Origin: Acidimicrobiia bacterium
GTDB lineage: Bacteria > Actinomycetota > Acidimicrobiia > Spongiisociales > ZC4RG35
Direction of reading: 5' to 3'
NCBI GenBank assembly: GCA_046565785.1
Contig: JBKHXZ010000200.1
Location: 1-43,311, forward strand
Length of the DNA: 43,311 nt
Shown: piece by piece, positions 17,703 to 27,269 of the stretch
Layout: every line of letters begins with the position of its first letter
How positions within the stretch are numbered: position 1 is the stretch's first letter
Program-made: the position numbers and the translations under genes
Notes under the pieces: model-generated
Databases searched by the model: none
Seen by the model: only the letters and a program-made list of their open reading frames with translations
What the model was told of the DNA's origin: nothing

Positions 17703-18737
17703 ATGGCCGAAGTACCTGCATCCCCGATCGGTGTCCTCCTGCTCCAGTTGGGCACCCCGGACTCGACCGAGATCCCCGACGTCCGCAAGTACTTGCGCGA
17801 ATTCCTGTCCGACCCGCGGGTGCTCGACATCCCGGCCCCCGCCCGGTGGCTGCTCCTGAACGCGGTCATCCTCCCCTTTCGCCCCAAGCGGTCCGCCGAG
17901 GCGTACGAGAAGGTGTGGACCGACCAGGGGTCACCGCTCATCATTCACACCGAGGAACTCGCCACCAGGCTGCAGGCGGTCCTCGGCGACGGGTACGTGG
18001 TGGCCTACGGCATGCGGTACCAGTCGCCTTCGATCGCTTCGGCGATCGAGCGCCTCGCCCAGGCCGGATGTCGCCAGATCGTCCTCCTCCCTCAATTCCC
18101 GCAGTACGCCTCGGCCAGCGGCGGATCTGCCGTGCAAATGGCCTTGGAGGTGATCGGTTCACGGTGGAACGTGCCGGAGGTGCGAACGGTCGGTTCGTTC
18201 TTCGACCATCCAGGATTTCTCGACGCGGCCGCCGAAATCGCCCGCCCGCTGCTTGCCGAGTTCGCACCCGACCACGTCGTGTTCAGCTACCACGGGCTGC
18301 CGGAGAAGCAGATCAGAAAGAGCGACGTCTCGGGCGACTGGTGTCTGGAGAACTCGTGGTGTTGCGATTCGATGAACGAGAAGAACGCCTTCTGTTACCG
18401 GGCGCAGTGTTTCGCCACCACCCGGGGACTGGTCTCCCGACTCGGGCTCGACGGCGACACCACATCCACCACCTTTCAGTCGCGCCTGGCAGGCCAGAAG
18501 TGGATCGAGCCGTACACCGACAAGATGCTTCCCAAGCTGTTCGACGCCGGAGTACGACGGTTGGCGGTACTCACCCCGTCGTTCACCGCCGACTGCCTGG
18601 AGACGATCGAAGAGATTGGCATCCGGGGGCGCAAGCAGTGGGAAGAGCTGGGCGGTGAGGCGTTCCTGCTGGTCCCGTGCGTCAACGCAGACGACCGTTG
18701 GGTGCACGCCGTAGCGGAGATGGCGCGTGGTGCCTGA
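17703..18737 (+). CDS. hemH: Ferrochelatase
   Basis: Motifs LLLQLGTPDS, MRYQSPSI and LPQFPQYASASGGS. Contains a five-Cys internal segment. Confidence 0.9.
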   Translation: MAEVPASPIGVLLLQLGTPDSTEIPDVRKYLREFLSDPRVLDIPAPARWLLLNAVILPFRPKRSAEAYEKVWTDQGSPLIIHTEELATRLQAVLGDGYVVAYGMRYQSPSIASAIERLAQAGCRQIVLLPQFPQYASASGGSAVQMALEVIGSRWNVPEVRTVGSFFDHPGFLDAAAEIARPLLAEFAPDHVVFSYHGLPEKQIRKSDVSGDWCLENSWCCDSMNEKNAFCYRAQCFATTRGLVSRLGLDGDTTSTTFQSRLAGQKWIEPYTDKMLPKLFDAGVRRLAVLTPSFTADCLETIEEIGIRGRKQWEELGGEAFLLVPCVNADDRWVHAVAEMARGA

Positions 18738-18738
18738 T

Positions 18739-19122
18739 TCAGGCTCGACCCAGGATCCGATCGACCTGGAACCGGATCACGACTCGCTTGGGATTCTCGC
18801 TGACCGGTCGGTACCTGCGTTCGAACAGGCGCTCGCCGAGGGCGACGCCGGCCGGGTCACGAACCACCTCCGCGTCCCCTTCGAGCGCGAGCCATCGTCG
18901 ACCGTCCACCTGGCAGACCACCGCCCGGCCCCGTTCGGAGACGTTCACCACCTTCTGGGTCCGGTCCGAGGAGATGATCGAAACGGCACCGTCGTCGTAG
19001 GTGAAGGCGATGGCGACGACATGCGGCGTGCCGTCCGCCCGCATCGTGGTCAGCGTTCCCAGGTGCCGTTCGGCGAGGAACTCCAGCTCGGACGCAGAGA
19101 GCTCGTCGGGAGTGCGGGCCAT
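18739..19122 (-). CDS. Pyridoxamine 5'-phosphate oxidase-like split-barrel protein, probably F420- or flavin-dependent
   Basis: ELEFLAERHLGTLTTMRADGTPHVVAIAF... is typical of the actinobacterial PPOX-class family. Start taken at MARTPDE (19122); an alternative ATG lies at 19161. Confidence 0.7.
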   Translation of the reverse strand: MARTPDELSASELEFLAERHLGTLTTMRADGTPHVVAIAFTYDDGAVSIISSDRTQKVVNVSERGRAVVCQVDGRRWLALEGDAEVVRDPAGVALGERLFERRYRPVSENPKRVVIRFQVDRILGRA

Positions 19123-20026
19123 GACGGCGGAGGCTATCGACGTGACTGAAAGAACCGACATCGAGGACTTCTATCGGGATGTTCAGGCTCGCTTCTGTGC
19201 CGGAATCGAGTCGGTGGACGGCACCGGCCGGTTCGTTTCCGACGTCTGGGAGCGCCCGGGAGGTGGAGGCGGCGACACGCGGATCCTCGCCGGGGGTTCG
19301 CACATCGAAAAGGCGGCGGTGAACTTCTCCGCCGTAGAAGGGGAGACCCCGGCCAAGCTGTCCGAACGTATGGCGGCGATGGGCGAACGCTTCTACGCCA
19401 CTGGCGTGTCCATCATCGTCCACCCCGCCAACCCCTACGCCCCCACCTTCCACGCCAACGTCCGCTACTTCGAGACCGACGACGGCCGCGCCTGGTTCGG
19501 CGGGGGTGCCGACCTCACCCCCTACTACTTGTTCGGAGACGACGCCCGCCATTTCCATCGGATTCTGCAGAGCGTCTGTGACCGCCATCCGGTAGCCGAT
19601 CACCCGGGTTGGAAGCGTGCCTGTGACGAGTATTTCCACCTGCCTCATCGGGGAGAGGCTCGCGGGGTCGGCGGCCTCTTCTTCGACCATCTCACCGAGC
19701 ATCTGTCCGAGGTGTGGGCGTTTCAACAGGATTTGGCCAACCATCTGCTCGACGCCTACGTCCCGGTCCTCGAGCGACGCATCGGCATGCCATTCGGGGA
19801 CCGGGAACGGGACTGGCATCGGATCCGTCGAGGACGCTATGTCGAGTTCAACCTGGTCTGGGACCGAGGCACCAAGTTCGGACTGGAAACCGGTGGGCGC
19901 ACCGAGTCGATACTCGGGTCGCTTCCCCCGCATGCCTCGTGGGTGTACGAAAACGAACCGGAGCCCGACTCGCCCGAGGCCGAACTGCTGGCGTTCGTTC
20001 GAGGGGCGCCCCGTGATTGGGTCTGA
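19121..20026 (+). CDS. hemF: Oxygen-dependent coproporphyrinogen III oxidase
   Basis: Start MTAEAID at 19121. HemF blocks: DVWERPGGGGGDTRIL, IEKAAVNFS, SIIVHPANPYAPTFHANVRYFE, WFGGGADLTPYY, RGRYVEFNLVWDRGTKFGL. Confidence 0.85.
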   Translation: MTAEAIDVTERTDIEDFYRDVQARFCAGIESVDGTGRFVSDVWERPGGGGGDTRILAGGSHIEKAAVNFSAVEGETPAKLSERMAAMGERFYATGVSIIVHPANPYAPTFHANVRYFETDDGRAWFGGGADLTPYYLFGDDARHFHRILQSVCDRHPVADHPGWKRACDEYFHLPHRGEARGVGGLFFDHLTEHLSEVWAFQQDLANHLLDAYVPVLERRIGMPFGDRERDWHRIRRGRYVEFNLVWDRGTKFGLETGGRTESILGSLPPHASWVYENEPEPDSPEAELLAFVRGAPRDWV

Positions 20027-20081
20027 TCCGGGGTTGTCGACTCGCCGTTGGAACCGTCTCCGGTAGGTTTTCCCGCGCTTC

Positions 20082-21242
20082 ATGAGCATTTCGACCCACA
20101 TCACCTCCGCCTCGTTCGCCTACCCGGCGGTCGACAGCGCCATCCGGGCGCGTCTGGCGCAGGCTCTTGGATCGGTGGAACCCGACGGAGGAACCTTCTT
20201 GCTCAACACCTGCCTCCGTACCGAGGTGGTGGTGGCGGGAGACGGCGAGACCCTCCGGCGCCGTCTGGAGGCGATGTTCGGCCACGACGTCGACCTGGGA
20301 ATCGCCAAGATCCGATCGGATCTGGATGCGGTGGAACACCTCTACCGGGTGGCCGCCGGGCTGGAGTCGCCGGTGCGGGGCGAACAAGAGATCCTCACCC
20401 AGTTTCGCCAGACCGTGTCGGACGCGAACGAGCGGGGAGCGATCCGGGGGATCTTCGCCAAGCTGCTGGAAACGGCGGTGGCGACGGGGCGGCTGGCCCG
20501 GGAGTCGATCCCCGAATCCCCCCACGACTCGATGGCTGCGGTCGCCGCCCAAGCGGTGGGCAATGTCGACCGTGTGGCGGTCCTCGGCTCTGGTGTGATG
20601 GCCACTTCAGTGACACGGGCGCTGCTCGGACTTCCCGCTCCTCCTGCCGTGACGGTGGTGGCACGAACTCCGGAGCGAGTGACCAACGCCGACGTCACCG
20701 TCTGGCCGTTCGATCGTGCACTGCAGGTGCTGGAGGATTTCCCGGCTGTGATCTCGGCCACCTCCGCCAAGCGACGACTGGTCGATGCCAGCGAGCTCGA
20801 GCAGGCGATCCGCAACCGGATTGCTCCTCTCACCGTGGTCGACATGGCGATGCCTCCGGATTTCTCAGTCGAGTCCTCCCCGCAGGTGACCTACCTCGAC
20901 ATCGACGACCTCGCCCGGATGGCGGAACGCCGCCCACGCAAAGACGACGCCGACACGGTCGTACGTTCCGCCGCCGTCGACGCCTACCAGGCCTACGTCG
21001 ATCATCATCAGGTCGGACCGGTCATCGGTGGCCTGACCCGCCACGCCGACGCTGTCGTCGATCAAATGGTGGAGCGGTTCGGGAACAAGCTCTCCGACCC
21101 GAGGGACGTTGCGGTGCTCCGACAGACCGCACATACCGTGGCCCGTACCCTCATCGCCGGCCCCATCGCCTACCTGCGGGATCCCGAAAGGGCACCGGAT
21201 GCGGTGGACGTGGTGGCCGACGCTTTCGGTGTCGATGAATGA
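20082..21242 (+). CDS. hemA: Glutamyl-tRNA reductase
   Basis: Catalytic-Cys block LNTCLRTEVV, plus HLYRVAAGLESPVRGEQEILTQ. Confidence 0.9.
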   Translation: MSISTHITSASFAYPAVDSAIRARLAQALGSVEPDGGTFLLNTCLRTEVVVAGDGETLRRRLEAMFGHDVDLGIAKIRSDLDAVEHLYRVAAGLESPVRGEQEILTQFRQTVSDANERGAIRGIFAKLLETAVATGRLARESIPESPHDSMAAVAAQAVGNVDRVAVLGSGVMATSVTRALLGLPAPPAVTVVARTPERVTNADVTVWPFDRALQVLEDFPAVISATSAKRRLVDASELEQAIRNRIAPLTVVDMAMPPDFSVESSPQVTYLDIDDLARMAERRPRKDDADTVVRSAAVDAYQAYVDHHQVGPVIGGLTRHADAVVDQMVERFGNKLSDPRDVAVLRQTAHTVARTLIAGPIAYLRDPERAPDAVDVVADAFGVDE

Positions 21243-22096
21243 CTCGCCTCCGGCTCGCCACGCGGGCGTCGACGCTCGCCCTCGCCCAGACCCGATGGGT
21301 CGCTGAACGCCTGCAATCCGCCCATCCGGAGCTCGAAGTCGAGCTGGTGGAGATCACGACCACCGGAGACACCGACCGGACTTCACCGGTGACCACCCTG
21401 AGCGAAGTCGGAGCATTCGTACGGGCAGTGCAGATCGCAGTCCTCGACGGGGTGGCGGACGCCGCCGTGCATTCGTGCAAGGACCTGCCCGTCGCCGGTC
21501 CTGTCGAACTCGGCTGCGTTTTCCCAGAGCGTGAAGCGCCGTGGGATGTGTTGTGTGGCGCCGTCCTGGACGAACTCCCACCCGGTGCCCGGGTCGGCAC
21601 CGGCAGCCCGCGTCGCACCGCCCAGCTTGCCGTTCTCCGCCCCGACCTGGCGATCGACGGCATCCGCGGCAATGTCGAAACCCGGCTGGGGAAGGTGGCC
21701 TCGGGCGAGTACGACGCGGTGGTGCTGGCCGAGGCCGGTCTGCGTCGCATCGGACTCGACCAACACATACGAACTCGATTCTCCGTGACCGACATGGTGC
21801 CCGCCCCGGCACAGGGTGCGCTCGCCGTCGAAGCTCCCCACAACTCGGAAGCCATGATGCTCCTCGCGGCCCTCGACCATCCCGCTACCCGCGTTGCTGT
21901 CGAGGCCGAGCGATCACTGTTGGCCCGCACCGGCGCCGGCTGTCGCGCAGCCCTCGGCGCGTTGGCAGTCGTTACCGAGGACGGGGTGGAGATGCACGGG
22001 TTCGTCGAAGACGAAGACGGATGGCGCCGTGCCGCGATCCAGCACACCGACGGTCACGCTGCCAGTCTTGCCCTGCAGAAGGAGCTCTCGCTGTGA
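21239..22096 (+). CDS. hemC: Hydroxymethylbilane synthase (porphobilinogen deaminase)
   Basis: ATGA overlap with hemA. Motifs RLATRASTLALAQT and RGNVETRL; cofactor-Cys block GAGCRAALGA. Confidence 0.9.
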   Translation: MTRLRLATRASTLALAQTRWVAERLQSAHPELEVELVEITTTGDTDRTSPVTTLSEVGAFVRAVQIAVLDGVADAAVHSCKDLPVAGPVELGCVFPEREAPWDVLCGAVLDELPPGARVGTGSPRRTAQLAVLRPDLAIDGIRGNVETRLGKVASGEYDAVVLAEAGLRRIGLDQHIRTRFSVTDMVPAPAQGALAVEAPHNSEAMMLLAALDHPATRVAVEAERSLLARTGAGCRAALGALAVVTEDGVEMHGFVEDEDGWRRAAIQHTDGHAASLALQKELSL

Positions 22097-22767
22097 CCAG
22101 GGTTGCCGTGACCACCACCGCCGACAACGCCCCCCGAGTGGGCGACGCCCTGGTGGCGGTGGGACTCGTGCCGGTGATGCTGCCTTGCATCTCGATCAGC
22201 CCGTCACCTCCGGCGATTCTCGACGAGCTGCGGCAACGGGCGGCATCCGCAGACCTCATCCTGGTCACGTCTGCTCGGGCGGTGCGGGTGACCTGGCCCG
22301 ACCGTGACATGCCGCCGGTGCCGGTGGCGGCGGTGGGCGAAGCCACCGCCGACGCGGTGCGGGACGCCCGTGGGCTGATCGAGGTCGTGGGTTCGGGTGG
22401 TGCCGCGGAATTGATCTCCGAACTCGACGTCGAGGGGCGCAGCATCGTGTTCCCTCACGCTCGGGCGGCGGATCCGGCCACCGCCGTCGAACTCGAAAAG
22501 CGCGGCGCGGCCATGTTCGCTGCCGCCGCCTACGACACCATTCCCATCGCTCCCGGCGACGAAAAGGTCGATGCCGCCGTCTTCGGGTCGCCGTCGGCGG
22601 TGGATGGGTGGCTGCTACGGCGCCACCTCGACGGGATGACCATCGCCGCCATGGGCGACACGACCGCCTCGGCGTTGCGTGTTCGTGGGGTGGCCGACCC
22701 GGTGGTTCCCGACCGTCCCGACCTCGTCACCCTGGCACACGCTTTGGCAGAAAGGATCGACGCATGA
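22093..22767 (+). CDS. hemD: Uroporphyrinogen-III synthase
   Basis: GTG start overlapping the hemC stop (GTGA). About 224 aa of low-conservation HemD-like sequence ([26 protein letters not shown]). Position between hemC and hemB. Confidence 0.75.
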   Translation: MTRVAVTTTADNAPRVGDALVAVGLVPVMLPCISISPSPPAILDELRQRAASADLILVTSARAVRVTWPDRDMPPVPVAAVGEATADAVRDARGLIEVVGSGGAAELISELDVEGRSIVFPHARAADPATAVELEKRGAAMFAAAAYDTIPIAPGDEKVDAAVFGSPSAVDGWLLRRHLDGMTIAAMGDTTASALRVRGVADPVVPDRPDLVTLAHALAERIDA

Positions 22768-23744
22768 GTGAGTTCCCGACCGTGCGATCTCGACGGCTGC
22801 GCCGCTCTCCTGCGCTCCGCCGTCAGGTCGCCGAGACCAGACTTCACCCGGCCGGCTTCGTCCTGCCCCTGTTCGCCGTCCCCGGTCGCGACGTCGACAG
22901 GCCGATCTCGTCGATGCCCGGACATTCCCAACTGTCCGTCGATCGGCTCCTGGCAGTGGTGAAGGAAGCCGCGGCGGCCGGCGTTGGTGGAGTGATCCTG
23001 TTCGGGATTCCCGAATCAAAAGACGAGACCGGGTCCCAGGCGTGGAACCCGGGCGGTCCGGTGCCGGAAGCGATCCGTGCGATCAAAGACGAAGTTCCCG
23101 AGATGGTCGTATGGGCGGACGTCTGTCTGTGCGAGTACACCTCCCACGGCCATTGCGGCGTGCTGAGGGGCGAGGCGGTGGACAACGACGCCACCCTGCC
23201 GCTGCTCAGTCAGGCCGCCGTCGCGTACGCGGATGCCGGAGCCGATGTGGTGGCCCCGTCGGACATGATGGACGGTCGGGTGACGGCGATTCGCTCGGCA
23301 CTCGATTCGGCCGGACATGCCGAACTGGCGATCTGTTCGTATTCCGCAAAGTACGCCAGCGCCTACTACGGCCCGTTCCGTGAAGCTGCCGAATCGACTC
23401 CTGCCTTCGGGGACCGTCGCACCCACCAGATGGACCCTTCCAACATCCGCGAGGCGATCGCCGAGGTCCATCTCGACTTGGCCGAAGGAGCCGACATGGT
23501 GATGGTCAAGCCCGCCGGGCCGTACCTGGACGTGATTTCCGCGGTCCGTCAGTCGGTCGACGTTCCCGTGGCCGCATATCAGGTGTCCGGCGAGTTCTCG
23601 ATGATCGAGGCGGCAGCCCGCAACGATTGGATCGACGGTGAACGGGTCATGCTCGAATCCCTCACCGGTATCGCCCGAGCCGGAGCAGGAATCATCCTGA
23701 CGTACTTCGCCACCCGCGCCGCCCGCGCGTTGGAGTCGGCATGA
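22764..23744 (+). CDS. hemB: Porphobilinogen synthase (delta-aminolevulinate dehydratase), Zn-type
   Basis: ATGA overlap with hemD. Motif [10 protein letters not shown], Cys-rich Zn motif [14 protein letters not shown], Schiff-base lysine block MVMVKPA. Confidence 0.9.
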   Translation: MSEFPTVRSRRLRRSPALRRQVAETRLHPAGFVLPLFAVPGRDVDRPISSMPGHSQLSVDRLLAVVKEAAAAGVGGVILFGIPESKDETGSQAWNPGGPVPEAIRAIKDEVPEMVVWADVCLCEYTSHGHCGVLRGEAVDNDATLPLLSQAAVAYADAGADVVAPSDMMDGRVTAIRSALDSAGHAELAICSYSAKYASAYYGPFREAAESTPAFGDRRTHQMDPSNIREAIAEVHLDLAEGADMVMVKPAGPYLDVISAVRQSVDVPVAAYQVSGEFSMIEAAARNDWIDGERVMLESLTGIARAGAGIILTYFATRAARALESA

Positions 23745-25015
23745 GCGAGTCTGCCGAACTGTTCCGGCGGGCCTCCGACGTGATGCCCGGCGGGGTGAAC
23801 TCGCCGGTCAGGGCGTTCCGTGCCGTCGGCGGGCACCCTCCCTTCATCACCTCCGGACAGGGGCCTCACCTCTACACCGAAGACGGCCGGCAGCTCATCG
23901 ACTTCATCGCCTCCTGGGGGGCGTTGCTGTTCGGCCACGCCGACCCGACGATCGTCGAAGCGGTGACCGCAGCAGCCCGCAAGGGCACTTCTTTCGGCGT
24001 GTCCACCCGGTTGGAGGTGGAACTGGCCGAGCTGATCACCGCCCTGATCCCTTCCATCGAAGTCGTACGGATGGTCAACTCCGGGACCGAAGCCACCGCT
24101 TCGGCCATCCGCCTCGCCAGGGCCGCCACCGGTAAGTCGGGCATCGTGAAATTCGAGGGCTGCTACCACGGCCATGCCGACCCCTTCTTGGTCAAGGCCG
24201 GGTCGGGACTAGCCACATTGGGTGAACCCGACAGCCCCGGAGTACCCGCCGCCACCGTCACCGATACCCGTTCGGCTCGCTTCAACGATCTCGGTTCGGT
24301 CGAGCATGCATTCGCAGCCGGGGACATCGCCGCGGTCATCGTCGAACCGGTCGCCGGGAACATGGGTGTGGTGGCACCGGTCGACGGGTTCCTCCCCGGC
24401 CTGCGCGAGCTGTGCGACCGTCACGGGGCGCTGCTGATCTTCGACGAGGTGATGACCGGGTTCCGGGTGGCGCGAGGCGGTGCGCAGGAACGTTACGGGG
24501 TCACTCCGGACCTGACCTGTCTCGGCAAGGTGGTGGCGGGTGGTACGCCGGCGGCGGTCTACGGCGGACGTTCGGACCTGATGCGACAGATCGCCCCGGA
24601 CGGACCCGTTTATCAGGCGGGCACACTGGCGGGAAACCCGTTGGCGACCGCAGCCGGACTCGCCTGCCTGCAACAGATCCACGACGACCCGACGATCTAC
24701 GACCGTCTCGAAACCCTCGGCAGCAGGCTCGAAGCTGCACTCATCACCGCGCTCGCCGACCACGGGGTCGATGGATGCGTCCAACGGGTGGGCGCCATGC
24801 TCACCGTGTTCTTCGGTCCGGACCAGGTGACATCTTGGGACGACGCAGCCACCGTCGATCGGGCCCGTTTCGCCTCCTTCTTCCGGGCGGCATATGCCGG
24901 GGGAGTGCTGTTGCCGCCTTCACAGTTCGAAGCGTTGTTCATGATGACGGCACATGAACCGGTGCTGGACGCCGTCATCGACACTTTGAGCCAGGCGATC
25001 GGAGCGGCGGCGTGA
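23741..25015 (+). CDS. hemL: Glutamate-1-semialdehyde 2,1-aminomutase
   Basis: ATGA overlap. Motifs [21 protein letters not shown] and PLP-lysine block LGKVVAGG. Confidence 0.9.
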   Translation: MSESAELFRRASDVMPGGVNSPVRAFRAVGGHPPFITSGQGPHLYTEDGRQLIDFIASWGALLFGHADPTIVEAVTAAARKGTSFGVSTRLEVELAELITALIPSIEVVRMVNSGTEATASAIRLARAATGKSGIVKFEGCYHGHADPFLVKAGSGLATLGEPDSPGVPAATVTDTRSARFNDLGSVEHAFAAGDIAAVIVEPVAGNMGVVAPVDGFLPGLRELCDRHGALLIFDEVMTGFRVARGGAQERYGVTPDLTCLGKVVAGGTPAAVYGGRSDLMRQIAPDGPVYQAGTLAGNPLATAAGLACLQQIHDDPTIYDRLETLGSRLEAALITALADHGVDGCVQRVGAMLTVFFGPDQVTSWDDAATVDRARFASFFRAAYAGGVLLPPSQFEALFMMTAHEPVLDAVIDTLSQAIGAAA

Positions 25016-26001
25016 CCAAGCCCCTGGTGGAGGCCCTCCACCGGCGGCCAGTCGATCGAACCCCCGTGTGGATCATGCGCCAGGCGGGCCGGTATCTGCC
25101 CGAGTACCGCGATCTGCGAGCCTCCTATTCGTTCCAAGAGGCGGTCTCCAACCCGGATGTGGCAGCCGAGATCACCTTGCAGCCGATCCGCCGGTTCGGA
25201 ATGGACGGTGCGGTGATCTTCGCCGACATCATGACCCCGTTGGAGGCGATGGGGGTCGACTTGACGTTCGATCCCGGTCCGCGGCTACGGCCCCACACCC
25301 TGGCCGAGATCGCCGACCTTCCCGAATTGGACGCCGATCGGGCGGGGTTCGTCGCCGAGACGATCCGGCGGGTCAAGAGGAACGTACCGGAGGAGGTGGC
25401 GGTCATCGGATTCGCCGGCGCTCCCACCACCCTGCTCGCCTATCTCGTCGAAGGCGGCGGTTCGAAAGAGTTCATGGAGATGCGTTCGGCAGTACGGGCG
25501 GACCCCGCCGCGGCCGCCGCCGCCCTCGAGGGTTTGGCGACGGCGATGAACCGCTACCTGATGCTCCAGATCGATGCGGGGGTGGATGCCGTGCAACTGT
25601 TCGACACTTGGGCGGGCGTGTTCGACCGCGAGACCTACCGCACCGTCTGTCTTCCCGCCGCCCGGTCTGCCCTGGTTGGTCTCGGCGCCCCCACCATCTA
25701 CTTCGCGCCCGGCGGGGTCCACACTCTCGACCTGCAACCCGAGGTGGGCGCGACGGGGTACGGGGTGGACTGGCGTGTTCCATTGGACGAAGCATGGAAC
25801 ATGCTGGGAGACGTTGCCATCCAAGGCAACGTAGACCCGGCGGTGTTACGGACCGACCCCGACACGATCCGGGCCGCAGTCGATGACGTGCTGACCCGAG
25901 CCGGCGGTCGCCCCGGTCACATCATGAACCTGGGACATGGCATCGACCGCCACACACCGACCGAACATGTCGCCGCTTTCGTCGAGGCGGTACGACGATG
26001 A
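25012..26001 (+). CDS. hemE: Uroporphyrinogen decarboxylase
   Basis: GTGA overlap. Signature PVWIMRQAGRYLPEY. Confidence 0.9.
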   Translation: MTKPLVEALHRRPVDRTPVWIMRQAGRYLPEYRDLRASYSFQEAVSNPDVAAEITLQPIRRFGMDGAVIFADIMTPLEAMGVDLTFDPGPRLRPHTLAEIADLPELDADRAGFVAETIRRVKRNVPEEVAVIGFAGAPTTLLAYLVEGGGSKEFMEMRSAVRADPAAAAAALEGLATAMNRYLMLQIDAGVDAVQLFDTWAGVFDRETYRTVCLPAARSALVGLGAPTIYFAPGGVHTLDLQPEVGATGYGVDWRVPLDEAWNMLGDVAIQGNVDPAVLRTDPDTIRAAVDDVLTRAGGRPGHIMNLGHGIDRHTPTEHVAAFVEAVRR

Positions 26002-27269
26002 GAGTGGTGGTCGTCGGAGGCGGATGGGCCGGGCTTCTCACCGCAGTCAATCTTCGGGCGCGTGGCGTCGAAGACCTCGTCGTCCTCGAACGTTCCGCAT
26101 GGCCCGGAGGGGTGGCTCGGTCGACGGTCGTCGACGGGTACACCCTGGAACCGGCCGCCGGCAGCTTCCTTCTCCCCCAGCCCGGGCTGACGCCGTTCGT
26201 CACCGGGGCGGTGGTTCCGACCGCGACGGACCAACGACACGTGTGGGACGGGAAGCGACTCGTGACCGTCCCTTCGGGTCCGAAGGCCATGCTGGCGCCG
26301 CTCGCTTCGACGCCGGCCAAGCTTCGGGCGGTGATGGAAGTCGCCTTCCCGGAACGGTTTTCGGAAGCCGACGAGTCGCTCGACCGGTTCCTTCGTCGAC
26401 GGTTCGGCGACGAGGTGGGCCGCACCGCCGCCTGGCTGGCCGCCTCCGGGGTGTTCGCAGGCGACCCGGCCCTGCTGTCGGCAGGAGCGTCCTTTCCCCA
26501 ACTGACCGCATTGGTCGAAACCCACGGGTCGGTAATCCGTGGCGTCTTCGGCTCTCGACGGCCGCGGAGAAAGAGCTTCGTTCCTGCCACCACCATGTCG
26601 GACCTCGCCGAAATGGTTGCCCGACCGTTGGGAGATCGTTTCCGGCCGGGGATGACGGTCGACGCCGTACGTCGGGACGCCAACCAGTGGGTGGTCGACG
26701 GCAGTGAACGCTTCACCGCCGAACATGTGGTGGTCGCCATCGACCCAGCGATCGCGGCGAGGCTGGTCGGCGGAGAACTCGGTGCAGCCCTGCGTGGTCC
26801 TGTGCATGCCCCGGTCGTCGTGGTCGGGCTGGGTGGACGGTGGATGGAGCTCCCGGAGGGTTTCGGTGTCCTCACCGGACCTGACGCCGGAACCGCCACC
26901 CGAGGGGTGCTGCTCGAGTCGTCGTATGCCCCTCACCGGGCACCGCACGGGGCCGGCTTGATGAAGGTGATCGCCGGAGGTGCCGTGCGGCCGGACATCG
27001 TCGAACTCGACGACGATGACGTGGTCGATTCGGTCGGCAACGAGGTCGCACGGATCCTGGGCCACGACCTGGACGTGTCGTTCGTGCGGGTGGTTCGTCA
27101 CCGCCCGGGAATCCCGCAGTACGTGTTGGGTCATCGGGAGTGGATGGCGGGGATCGATGCTGCCACCCCGAACTCGCTCCACCTGACCGGATGGGGATAC
27201 CGTGGGGTCGGCCTCAGCCATCTGGCTGCCGACGCTGCCCGTATCGCCGACCGCATCGCTGCTGCATGA
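25998..27269 (+). CDS. hemY: FAD-dependent protoporphyrinogen/coproporphyrinogen oxidase (HemY family)
   Basis: ATGA overlap. N-terminal VVVVGGGWAGL dinucleotide fold; about 420 aa with HemY-like length and C-terminal GWGYRGVGL block. Confidence 0.8.
   Translation: MRVVVVGGGWAGLLTAVNLRARGVEDLVVLERSAWPGGVARSTVVDGYTLEPAAGSFLLPQPGLTPFVTGAVVPTATDQRHVWDGKRLVTVPSGPKAMLAPLASTPAKLRAVMEVAFPERFSEADESLDRFLRRRFGDEVGRTAAWLAASGVFAGDPALLSAGASFPQLTALVETHGSVIRGVFGSRRPRRKSFVPATTMSDLAEMVARPLGDRFRPGMTVDAVRRDANQWVVDGSERFTAEHVVVAIDPAIAARLVGGELGAALRGPVHAPVVVVGLGGRWMELPEGFGVLTGPDAGTATRGVLLESSYAPHRAPHGAGLMKVIAGGAVRPDIVELDDDDVVDSVGNEVARILGHDLDVSFVRVVRHRPGIPQYVLGHREWMAGIDAATPNSLHLTGWGYRGVGLSHLAADAARIADRIAAA

Noticed and set aside
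21541-22092. Upstream extension of the hemD frame, with analogous extensions of hemB (22608-22763), the MFS gene (27140-27265), the aminotransferase (31264-31449) and the SIP gene (34805-35146)
   Set aside because: The extensions overlap well-supported upstream genes and are Arg/Pro-rich. In each case a start codon forming a 1- or 4-nt overlap with the upstream stop gives a protein with a normal N-terminus.
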